Shown in pieces: positions 1-7,590 of a stretch of DNA of 24,005 nt; positions within the stretch are counted from its first letter, which is position 1; every line of letters begins with the position of its first letter. Source of the DNA: an uncultured Puniceicoccaceae bacterium (lineage in GTDB: Bacteria; Verrucomicrobiota; Verrucomicrobiia; Opitutales; Seribacteraceae); the NCBI GenBank assembly GCA_964641305.1, contig CAZXKR010000001.1:1900-25904 (forward strand). The letters are read 5' to 3'. The position numbers and the translations under genes were made by a program. The notes below the pieces were generated by a model. It worked only from the letters and a program-made list of their open reading frames with translations, was not told where the DNA came from and searched no databases.

Positions 1-512
1 AGAAAGCCACCGGAACGGAGTTCCTGTGCTGCGTGTAGTGGAACACCTGAATATAAAATCCCACCCAAGGAACCACCGGCTCCGTGGCGGTAGAGATCTT
101 TGTCGAGGAGAGGTTCTCCGCCTTCTGCTCTGAATCCCGCGTCTCTTAGGTTGGCTAAAGTGGCGATTGAGATGATGACCAAACCGATGGTGGCAAGCTT
201 TCGAATTCTCATGGACTTTGTGCTTTCGGCAAAGGTAAGAAACGAGGCACAGCCAAAAGCCCAAGGTAAAAGCCACGCACCCAAGCCAAGGCTGGCGAGC
301 ATATGGTCCGACAAAAATTCTCCGACCCCACCTAGTAAATGAGGCTCCCCAGCCCTTGGCTCTGCATGTCCTTGGCCGTCGTAATCCAGAAGGCTTACCA
401 AACAGACAAGAGCAACAACGGCAAGACCTGCCGCCAACCATGGTCGTCGCACAGGCGTAATTTTTCCGACAGAGGCTTTTGGAGCCCCTGAACCTTTCCC
501 TTTTTTCACCAC
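1..512 (-). CDS. ftsK: DNA translocase FtsK/SpoIIIE, N-terminal membrane (4TM) region; partial, runs off the left edge
   Basis: Manual translation of the minus strand from GTG at 512 (AAGGGA just upstream) is open to the window edge: VVKKGKGSGAPK...PWLAAGLAVVALVCLVSLLDYD...HLLGGVGEFLSDHMLASLGLGAWLLPW...HGAGGSLGGILY. The basic N-terminus, TM helix ending in SY/DYD, 'N/HxxGxxG' loop and 'GGxLG' are typical of FtsK_4TM. The motor domain is outside the window. Confidence 0.7.
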   Translation of the reverse strand, partial: MVKKGKGSGAPKASVGKITPVRRPWLAAGLAVVALVCLVSLLDYDGQGHAEPRAGEPHLLGGVGEFLSDHMLASLGLGAWLLPWAFGCASFLTFAESTKSMRIRKLATIGLVIISIATLANLRDAGFRAEGGEPLLDKDLYRHGAGGSLGGILYSGVPLHAAQELRSGGF

Positions 513-561
513 TAGATTTCCCTTACCTTTTTTAACTATGACTAGGCATAAGAGGATTTCG

Positions 562-591
562 TTGCCTTGCAATGCAATCTTTGAAGATACT
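562..591 (+). promoter_or_regulatory. Putative sigma70 promoter for manA (leaderless-type)
   Basis: TTGCCT (562-567), 18-nt spacer, GATACT (586-591), then 7 nt to ATG 599. Confidence 0.35.
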
Positions 592-598
592 TTTACCA

Positions 599-1552
599 AT
601 GTCGGTTCTTAAGTTCACACCTATTTGCGTAGTTCGCGTTTGGGGAGGTCGTAGCCTTGCGAAAGTATTTGGTCGTGATTTACCTGAAGGAAAAAGAATA
701 GGTGAAACTTGGGAAATTGTGGACAGACCCGAGAGCCAATCAATTGTGGCGGAAGGACCTTGGAAGGATCGTACGCTCCGCGAATTGATCGAAAGTAATT
801 CGGATTGGCTTCTCGGCCCGAGCTGGTCCTCGGCGAAACCTTTCCCGATTCTGGTTAAATGGTTGGATTGCGCAGAACGCCTAAGTCTTCAGGTTCACCC
901 TCCCTCAGGCGTTGCACATGAACTCGGAGCTGAGCCCAAAACGGAAAACTGGTATGTGGCACAAGCTACTTCTGGGGCAGGTTTGATTGCTGGCTTGAAG
1001 TCTGGGGTCACCAAGGAGTCTTTTGAGAAAGCATTGAAGTCTGGGTGCCTTGAGGACTTATGTCACCGATTTCCATCGCTTGCCGGAGACTCCCTTCTTG
1101 TGGAAAGTGGCCGCATTCACGCTATCGATGGAGGTAATTTGATTTTGGAGGTTCAGCAAAATTCAGATACCACTTACCGAGTATACGATTGGGAACGCTT
1201 AGGTTTGGATGGCGAACCTAGGGAACTGCATATCGAGGAGTCCATGCGATGCATAAACTTTAACGATTTTGAGCCTGAACCATATCACTCTGATGCTGAA
1301 GTTGCGGAACAGGTTATCGCAGAATGTGACCACTTCCGCATTTGTAAATTAGAGCTTGTGGATGGGCAGATGAAAAAACTTTCATCCGCAGGCGTGGATG
1401 CCGCGTTGGTGCATATTTTGAGCGGATCTCTTCACGGCGAGGGATGTTTTTTGAAAGCAGGGGATACTGGACTTGTTCCTTTTGCGGAGAATTTTTTAGC
1501 TCAGGCTTCGAAAAAGACTACACTTTTGTTGACGGATCGTTTTATTGGTTAA
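599..1552 (+). CDS. manA: Mannose-6-phosphate isomerase, class I (cupin)
   Basis: Motifs GETWE, FPILVKWLD, LSLQVHP, KTENWY, GRIHAI, LEVQQNSDTTYRVYDW, RELHIEE. Start placed at ATG 599 (MSVLKF) rather than 572. Confidence 0.9.
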   Translation: MSVLKFTPICVVRVWGGRSLAKVFGRDLPEGKRIGETWEIVDRPESQSIVAEGPWKDRTLRELIESNSDWLLGPSWSSAKPFPILVKWLDCAERLSLQVHPPSGVAHELGAEPKTENWYVAQATSGAGLIAGLKSGVTKESFEKALKSGCLEDLCHRFPSLAGDSLLVESGRIHAIDGGNLILEVQQNSDTTYRVYDWERLGLDGEPRELHIEESMRCINFNDFEPEPYHSDAEVAEQVIAECDHFRICKLELVDGQMKKLSSAGVDAALVHILSGSLHGEGCFLKAGDTGLVPFAENFLAQASKKTTLLLTDRFIG

Positions 1553-1636
1553 AGTAGGGGCAACCTTCACCGCTTTCCCGTTGACCGGTAGCGAATTCCA
1601 AGGTTTTTTATACCGTTTAACTCATTACAATGCTTG

Positions 1637-2257
1637 ATGGAACAAGGGAACAAAACTGAAGAAGAAACATCATCTCAACCTGCGGAAGAGATTTTGGATG
1701 AAGCGAACGCGACTGAAGAGGTGGACGAATCTCTGGAAGAGGAATCTGCTCAAGGCGATGCCTCGGGCAGGATGCAGGGCAAACTCGAAGAAGCCTATGG
1801 CAAGCGCGACGAGCTACAAAACAAGTACCTCCGTGCGGCTGCCGAGTTGGACAACTTGCGAAAGCGTTCTGTTCGAGACCGTGAGGAAATCGCCTCACGC
1901 ACTCGAGCCAACATAATTGGGGATTTACTTCCCGCCGTTGACGCTTTTCGCCTAGGCCTTCAGGATGCTCAGAGTCGCGAGGAGGCCAAAGGTGTTGTTG
2001 AGGGGTTTGCCATGGTCATGACTCAAATGGAATCAATACTTGGAGAACATGGACTCTCTTTGATCGATGCAACGGGCCAGCCCTTTGACACAAGCCTGCA
2101 TGAAGCTGTTAGTCATGAAGCGAGCGAAGACATAGAGGAAGGTCATGTAATCTATACCGTTCGTACAGGATATAAGTTGGGCGACCGCTTGCTTAGGCCA
2201 GCGGCGGTGGTGATCTCGAAAGGCCCAACTGGCGAAGAAGAGAAATCCGAAGACTGA
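1637..2257 (+). CDS. grpE: Nucleotide exchange factor GrpE
   Basis: Acidic N-terminal tail, YLRAAAELDNLRKR, LLPAVDAF, FDTSLHEAV, GYKLGDRLLRPAAVVIS; upstream of dnaJ. The ORF track starts at TTG 1634; ATG 1637 preferred. Confidence 0.95.
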   Translation: MEQGNKTEEETSSQPAEEILDEANATEEVDESLEEESAQGDASGRMQGKLEEAYGKRDELQNKYLRAAAELDNLRKRSVRDREEIASRTRANIIGDLLPAVDAFRLGLQDAQSREEAKGVVEGFAMVMTQMESILGEHGLSLIDATGQPFDTSLHEAVSHEASEDIEEGHVIYTVRTGYKLGDRLLRPAAVVISKGPTGEEEKSED

Positions 2258-2290
2258 AATAGCTAGCCCTCAATCTTTAATCACAAGGCA

Positions 2291-3442
2291 ATGGCATCAG
2301 AAGACTTTTATGAATTACTCGGTGTGCCTCGCGGCGCATCCCCGGAAGAACTAAAGAAAGCCTACCGAAAGCTTGCGGTAAAATATCATCCTGACAAAAA
2401 CCCCGGGGATAAAGAAGCCGAGGAACAATTCAAAAAGATCTCGGAAGCATACGAAGTGCTCAAAGATCCGGAAAAGCGTCGCAGGTATGATCAATTTGGA
2501 GCAGACGCATTTCGAGGAGGGGGCGGAGGAGCCGCAGTTGATCCATTTGACCTTTTCCGCGATGTTTTTGGCGGTGGCGGAGGCGGTGGCGGATTTGGCA
2601 GTATTTTCGAGGAATTCTTCGGTGGTTCAAGTTCGCAGGGCCAAGAAGCGGGAGGAGCCCGCGGTTCTGACTTGCGTGTCTCTGTGGAAATTTCATTGAA
2701 GCAAGCTGCCGAAGGTGTTGATCGAGAGATCAAGTACAGGCGCTATGGAACCTGTGGCCCGTGTGACGGATCAGGCGCTGCCTCCGGTTCCGGTAAAGTG
2801 ATGTGCCCGACTTGCGGAGGCATTGGTCAGGTTGCTTCCAACCAAGGCTTCATAAGCATTCGGCGGACTTGTCCAAAATGTAGCGGATCGGGAGTGACGA
2901 TCGAAAATCCCTGCGGAACCTGTGGGGGCGAGGGGCGCGTACGGGAACCCGCGACCGTCAAGGTTAGTATCCCTAAAGGCGTGGATGACGGTACCCGATT
3001 GTGCTCTCGTGGTCGAGGCGATGCGGGTCTGATGGGAGGCTCGGCGGCGGATCTTTATGTTTTCGTGCAAGTTAAGGATCACGAACTTTTCGAACGCGAC
3101 GGGGACGACCTTTTTCATGAACTCGCTCTCCCTTTTACTTTGGCGACCCTAGGGGGCTCCATTGACGTACCCACGCTGAACGGCAAGGTCTCTTTAAAAA
3201 TCCCTACGGGCACTCAATCGGGTCGCACTTTTCGTTTGCGCGACAAGGGAATGCCTAATCTCCGAAGTTCTACTCGGCTTGGAGATCTCTATGCGCGCGT
3301 AACAATTCATGTTCCGCAAAAACTTTCAAAAAAACAGCGTGAATTGTTAGTCGATTTCGCTAAATCATGTGGCGACAAGGACGCGGATGTAGACGAGGGG
3401 ATCATAGACAAGGCCAAGCGTTTCTTCGAAGGCGAGGATTGA
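2291..3442 (+). CDS. dnaJ: Chaperone DnaJ (class A)
   Basis: J-domain with HPD (YHPDKN), G/F-rich linker, four CxxCxGxG repeats ([32 protein letters not shown]), C-terminal substrate-binding domain. Confidence 0.97.
   Translation: MASEDFYELLGVPRGASPEELKKAYRKLAVKYHPDKNPGDKEAEEQFKKISEAYEVLKDPEKRRRYDQFGADAFRGGGGGAAVDPFDLFRDVFGGGGGGGGFGSIFEEFFGGSSSQGQEAGGARGSDLRVSVEISLKQAAEGVDREIKYRRYGTCGPCDGSGAASGSGKVMCPTCGGIGQVASNQGFISIRRTCPKCSGSGVTIENPCGTCGGEGRVREPATVKVSIPKGVDDGTRLCSRGRGDAGLMGGSAADLYVFVQVKDHELFERDGDDLFHELALPFTLATLGGSIDVPTLNGKVSLKIPTGTQSGRTFRLRDKGMPNLRSSTRLGDLYARVTIHVPQKLSKKQRELLVDFAKSCGDKDADVDEGIIDKAKRFFEGED
2570..2593 (+). repeat. Tandem 12-nt repeat GGCGGTGGCGGA x2 encoding poly-Gly in the DnaJ G/F linker
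   Basis: Exact duplication at 2570-2581 and 2582-2593. Confidence 0.8.
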
Positions 3443-3444
3443 AG

Positions 3445-3951
3445 ATGGCAACCTTAGATGATCTTCCTGTCGGAGTTTCTTCGCTTGAGGAATCCGTGGA
3501 ATTTCGTCGAAAAGTTAACTTACGGAACGAGACCTTCGTCCTCACCAATGGATGCTTCGACTTACTTCATGCTGGACACATCTATTGCTTGGAACAAGCC
3601 GCAGCATTGGGAAACCATCTTTGGGTTGCCCTCAATTCAGACTTAAGTGTCCGTGACCTCAAGGGCTCTTCTCGTCCCGTGCAAGGAGAACGCGAACGTG
3701 CCTATGCACTTCTTTCCCTAAAAAGCGTATCAGGAGTATTTCTTTTTGACGGAAAGAGAATAATCTCCGAAATCAAAGCTCTATCACCCGATGTCTATGC
3801 TAAATCTGGCGATTACTGTCTGCAGACGATGGACCAAAGTGAACGCGAATCCTTAAGGCAAGTGGGTGCAGAAATTAACTTTCTGCCATTTCTTGAAGGG
3901 TGTGGAACCACTGGGCTTTTACAGAAAATTAAAGGCTTGCCCGAAATCTAA
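3445..3951 (+). CDS. hldC: Stand-alone D-glycero-beta-D-manno-heptose 1-phosphate adenylyltransferase (HldC/RfaE2-like, cytidylyltransferase fold)
   Basis: TNGCFDLLHAGH (HxGH), VALNSDLSVRDLKG, RPV, ER..L..L..V, KSGDY. True start ATG 3445, 2 nt after the dnaJ stop. Confidence 0.85.
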   Translation: MATLDDLPVGVSSLEESVEFRRKVNLRNETFVLTNGCFDLLHAGHIYCLEQAAALGNHLWVALNSDLSVRDLKGSSRPVQGERERAYALLSLKSVSGVFLFDGKRIISEIKALSPDVYAKSGDYCLQTMDQSERESLRQVGAEINFLPFLEGCGTTGLLQKIKGLPEI

Positions 3952-3963
3952 AACTTTAACGCA

Positions 3964-4566
3964 ATGTCAAACATGAGGGTCGTCATATTAGGATCAGGTT
4001 CCGGAACAAATGCTGAGGCCATCCTATCTGCGGCATCGGCAAGTCAACTCGGCCCTACACAAGTAGTTGCTGTATATAGCGATGTTAAAAATGCAGGTAT
4101 TCTTGAAAAAGCCGCTCGTTATGAGGTAAAGAACAGTCATCTTTCGGCTCCATCCCAGCAGGCGACTTTTAATGGGGAGTCAGAAAGCCTTTGGATCGAA
4201 ACGATCAAAGAGGATGTGCCCGACTTAATCGTTCTTGCTGGATTTATGCGCATTTTAAAAGGGCCATTTCTTAAAGCATTCTCTGGAAAGATAATTAATC
4301 TCCACCCCAGCTTGTTACCCAGCTTCCCAGGACTGGAAGCCATTCGTCAAGCCTTTGCCCGTGGTGTAAAAATAACGGGTTGCACCATTCATTGGGTGAA
4401 TGAAGTGGTGGATGGTGGCGAAATTATTGCACAGGCTCCAGTGCGAGTTATGCCTGGCGATACTTACGAACTACTGGAGCAAAAGATACATGGGGCGGAA
4501 CATGTTGTCTTACCTTCGGTCATTCGAGATCTTGCCATTGGCGTGACTCCCTTTCTCGGGGAATGA
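3964..4566 (+). CDS. purN: Phosphoribosylglycinamide formyltransferase
   Basis: GSGSGTN, LAGFMRIL, INLHPSLLPSFPG, GCTIHWV, VDGGEIIAQ. Confidence 0.95.
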   Translation: MSNMRVVILGSGSGTNAEAILSAASASQLGPTQVVAVYSDVKNAGILEKAARYEVKNSHLSAPSQQATFNGESESLWIETIKEDVPDLIVLAGFMRILKGPFLKAFSGKIINLHPSLLPSFPGLEAIRQAFARGVKITGCTIHWVNEVVDGGEIIAQAPVRVMPGDTYELLEQKIHGAEHVVLPSVIRDLAIGVTPFLGE

Positions 4567-5444
4567 TCAAGGCGTCTCTCCCGTTGTCCTCGGAGCTCAT
4601 CCTTCCGCTGGAAGATTTCTTATGTGAAATGGCTCCCAGTAACTGGTGTTTGCAAATAAATAGACTTTCGAACGAGGGAACTCTAGAGGGTTTTTTCGAG
4701 AGCCGAGAGTTGGCTATTGCTGAGTGGGCTAGTCTATCCCAAAGGTTTCCCGCATTTGTCGATTCCAACTCGCTTGCGTTTTCAACTGTCGAGGATCGTG
4801 ATTGGAAAGAAGCTTACAAAGAACATTTCCATCCTTGGAGCATCGGTCGCTTGCATCTTGTGCCCGAGTGGGAGCGCGCAACCTATCTCTTGCCGGAAGG
4901 GGAAAAGGTACTGTATGTCGATCCCGGAATGGCTTTTGGTACGGGACTTCACGAAACTACTCGCCTGTGCCTAGGTGCGATCATTGAGTTTTTCGAAGAG
5001 ACCGGCTCTGAGGGACTCAGTTGTATCGACGTAGGTTGTGGTTCAGGAATACTCGCTTTATCTGCCAAGTTACTTGGTGCGGGAAATGTGAAAGGTGTTG
5101 ATGTCGATCCCGATGCCATCCGAATTTCCATCGAAAACGCTACGGCAAATGGGATGGCCGGCGACGTCAGTTTTACTACGAACGATATTGCAGGAGGGCT
5201 TTTTTCGGAAAGTGCCGATCTTGTGCTGGCAAACATACAGGCAGACGTACTCTGTGCGAATGCTGAACTGTTGCTACGTGCTGTTCGGCCGCAAGGGTGT
5301 CTTGCCCTGTCGGGAATATTGTCTATTGAAGCTAAAAAGACAGCCGAATTCTTTCAAGAGACCATCAATTGCTTAGGCTCAAGCTTCATCCTGCGAAGAA
5401 AAGACGAAGGAGAGTGGACGCAGCTTACCTTAATCCGGAAATAA
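4563..5444 (+). CDS. prmA: Ribosomal protein L11 methyltransferase
   Basis: DW..YKEHFHP, DPGMAFGTGLHETT, IDVGCGSGIL (SAM motif), LANI, LSGIL; ATGA overlap with purN. Confidence 0.93.
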   Translation: MIKASLPLSSELILPLEDFLCEMAPSNWCLQINRLSNEGTLEGFFESRELAIAEWASLSQRFPAFVDSNSLAFSTVEDRDWKEAYKEHFHPWSIGRLHLVPEWERATYLLPEGEKVLYVDPGMAFGTGLHETTRLCLGAIIEFFEETGSEGLSCIDVGCGSGILALSAKLLGAGNVKGVDVDPDAIRISIENATANGMAGDVSFTTNDIAGGLFSESADLVLANIQADVLCANAELLLRAVRPQGCLALSGILSIEAKKTAEFFQETINCLGSSFILRRKDEGEWTQLTLIRK

Positions 5445-5450
5445 AATTTC

Positions 5451-5465
5451 GGAAAAGTCTTTTCC
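5451..5465. other. Perfect odd palindrome GGAAAAG-T-CTTTTCC between convergent prmA and cysS (possible terminator element or protein site)
   Basis: Seen directly; the loop is too short for a classic hairpin unless the inner pairs open. Confidence 0.3.
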
Positions 5466-5498
5466 TTTACAGAGTTCTCCCCCCCTCAATCTTTTTGA

Positions 5499-6926
5499 CT
5501 ACTTAGGAATAAGCTCAAAACCTGTCGATAGGTCATTGACTAACCATCCCGCTTCATCGAGCTTTTCACGATGTTTATCGGCTTCGGCCCAGTTTTTTGC
5601 CAATCTCGCCTGAAGTCTTTTTTCCGCCAACTCCTTAATTTCCGCAGGAGGATCATTAGGAGCATCAGTTTTTGGCAGACAAATTCCGAGTGCATTTAGA
5701 ACAAACCAAAATGACTTCTGCAGAACCTCTTTTTCATCGCTCGACAGCACTTCGGGGTTGATGTTGTTTACTGCGGAAAAAAGGGCTCCGAGAGCCTTTG
5801 GTGTATTCAAGTCGTCCAACAAGGCTTCCCAAGCCCTTTGGAAGGGTCCCAACTCCGAGGGTCCCATAGCTAAGGACTCCTCATAGGAGGGCGGGTTCTT
5901 CTCGCCAAGAAAGCTGTGAGCTTTTGAGAGTTTTCCAAGTGCCGAACGAGCTGACTCAAGCGATGAAAAGGTAAAGTTGAGTGGCTGCCTGTAGTGACCT
6001 GAGAGCAGTGCATATCTCACAATTTCAGGGCCATGTCCCTTTTCCTTCAAGTCGTCCAAGGTGTACATGTTGCCTAAGCTTTTGCTCATCTTTCCCCCAT
6101 CCACCATCAGGTGGGCAATATGAAACCAATGTCTGGCGAAAGGTTTCTCAGATGAACATATGCTTTGGGCGATTTCGTTTTCATGGTGAGGAAAAACAAG
6201 ATCCTCTCCACCCGAATGAAGGTCGAATGAATCACCTAGATATTCTCTGCACATGGCACTGCACTCAAGATGCCAACCAGGCCTTCCCTCACCCCATGGG
6301 CTTTCCCAGAAATTCTCGCCGTCTTCCTGCCGTCTTCCTTTCCATAGGGCGAAGTCCCCTAAAGACTCCTTTGAGTATTCGTCGGCCGCTGTGGTCCGGC
6401 GACTTGCTCCCGCAGAAAGGTCTTGGGATTTCAGCTTCGAGAGTTTTCCATATTCGCCAAAAGAGGAAATTCGAAAGTATACGGAACCATCTTCCGAAAC
6501 ATAAGCGTGTCCGCGCTCTATAAGGCTCTCGACTAACTGAATCTGCTGAACGATATGGGCAACAGCACTCGGTTCGACATGTGGCTTCAGCAAGCCAAGT
6601 GCCTCGCAGTCATCATGAAAACGATCAGTCCAGTGAGCGGTAAATTCCTTTAGTGCTTGATCCGCCTTTATCGAGCCGCGAATAGTCTTGTCGTCAACAT
6701 CCGTCAGGTTGCGGATATGCAAGGTTTTCAAACCATTGCATTCAGTAACCCTTCTAAATAAATCCTGAGCGACAAAGGTTCGAAAATTACCAATGTGGGC
6801 TGCTCCGTAAACAGTCGGACCACAGCAGTAGAACCGAAGCACGCCTTCTTTTTCGGCAAAAACTTTGCACTTACTTCGAGACATCGTGTCTTGAAGGAAT
6901 AGACCATTGCCTTTCGCATCACTCAT
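5499..6926 (-). CDS. cysS: Cysteine--tRNA ligase
   Basis: YCCGPTVY, HIGN (HIGH motif), DFALWK, GRPGWHLECSAM, FPHHENE, KMSKS. Confidence 0.97.
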   Translation of the reverse strand: MSDAKGNGLFLQDTMSRSKCKVFAEKEGVLRFYCCGPTVYGAAHIGNFRTFVAQDLFRRVTECNGLKTLHIRNLTDVDDKTIRGSIKADQALKEFTAHWTDRFHDDCEALGLLKPHVEPSAVAHIVQQIQLVESLIERGHAYVSEDGSVYFRISSFGEYGKLSKLKSQDLSAGASRRTTAADEYSKESLGDFALWKGRRQEDGENFWESPWGEGRPGWHLECSAMCREYLGDSFDLHSGGEDLVFPHHENEIAQSICSSEKPFARHWFHIAHLMVDGGKMSKSLGNMYTLDDLKEKGHGPEIVRYALLSGHYRQPLNFTFSSLESARSALGKLSKAHSFLGEKNPPSYEESLAMGPSELGPFQRAWEALLDDLNTPKALGALFSAVNNINPEVLSSDEKEVLQKSFWFVLNALGICLPKTDAPNDPPAEIKELAEKRLQARLAKNWAEADKHREKLDEAGWLVNDLSTGFELIPK

Positions 6927-7042
6927 GATGCAAAGCAGAGTGCATTAGCTTTTCGAGCGGGCAAACCAAAACTCGAACTCTAAAATACTGTAATGTGCGT
7001 TGTCTTTTCGACAACTCCCTCAGAGTAGAAATGCCCAGAAAG

Positions 7043-7070
7043 TCTCAGCCGAGAGCGAAAGCTCGGGAGA
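7043..7070. other. Bulged stem-loop with GAAA tetraloop on the plus strand; may serve as a minus-strand terminator of the RHH gene
   Basis: TCTC(7043-46)/GAGA(7067-70), CC(7049-50)/GG(7065-66), GAGC(7053-56)/GCTC(7061-64), loop GAAA(7057-60). On the minus strand it is followed by CTTTCT. Confidence 0.4.
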
Positions 7071-7088
7071 TAGATTGCCAACTATATC

Positions 7089-7337
7089 TTATTTAAAGCG
7101 TGCTCGGGTGCGCGAAACAAGATCGCGCAAGGTTTCGCAAATTAGTGGCAATCTGGGGCTTTTCTCCTTGGACTCAATTACTTCGAAGAAAGAGAGGAGC
7201 GCATGGTTCATCAACTGATTTGTGTTCCAGTTGCCATACTTTTTGTATGCCTCGACCTTTTTCCAAGTCTCCAAGGAGATTCGGGTGGTAAACGATTTCG
7301 ATTCTTTTTTGGGTTTGGGTACTTTGCGAGCAGTCAT
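7089..7337 (-). CDS. Small ribbon-helix-helix (Arc/CopG/MetJ-like) DNA-binding protein, putative
   Basis: 82 aa; basic tail, then alternating beta-strand KSFTTRIS, helix LETWKKVEAYKKY, G-N-W turn, helix NTNQLMNHALLSFFE. Fills an otherwise empty gap, with a purine-rich AAGAGA upstream. Confidence 0.65.
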   Translation of the reverse strand: MTARKVPKPKKESKSFTTRISLETWKKVEAYKKYGNWNTNQLMNHALLSFFEVIESKEKSPRLPLICETLRDLVSRTRARFK

Positions 7338-7510
7338 TGTCTATCTCTTGAGTTATTTGTTTTTCCGTAATCTTTTAAGAAAAGGTTACAAAGAATGCAG
7401 AAGTTGCTTTATGCATAGCAACCGATTGCCCAAACGCAAAACAAAAATGCGACCTATTGATTGTCTTATCCAATTGACAGAAGCCAAGCTTTTCACTAAC
7501 CGTGCAAAAC

Positions 7511-7546
7511 TTAAATTTTCAGGATGAACTAATCCTGTTAATTTAA
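7511..7546. promoter_or_regulatory. 36-bp dyad, putative operator upstream of the AraC-PAS gene
   Basis: TTAAATT-tt-CAGGAT-gaacta-ATCCTG-tt-AATTTAA; 13 of 15 arm positions are complementary. Confidence 0.5.
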
Positions 7547-7590
7547 CCTTAAAACCATGCTCCTTTTTTAATCAAACGAAAGAAGAAAAA

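Noticed and set aside
100-342. Plus-strand 80-aa ORF
   Set aside because: It is the antisense shadow of the longer minus-strand FtsK-like frame.
1553-1636. CIRCE/HrcA operator before grpE; also TTGACC at 1581-1586 as a -35
   Set aside because: No TTAGCACTC-N9-GAGTGCTAA, and no acceptable -10 lies 16-18 nt downstream of TTGACC.
2570-2593. 12-nt tandem repeat in dnaJ
   Set aside because: Explained by the ordinary Gly-rich G/F linker.
6958-6990. GGGCAAACC resembling the start of a c-di-GMP-I (GEMM) riboswitch
   Set aside because: The following P2 GAAA hairpin and GGGACGCAAAGC segment are absent, and no plus-strand gene follows.
6927-7088. T-box leader upstream of cysS
   Set aside because: No GGTGGNACCGCG T-box sequence on the minus strand, and the region is short for a T-box.
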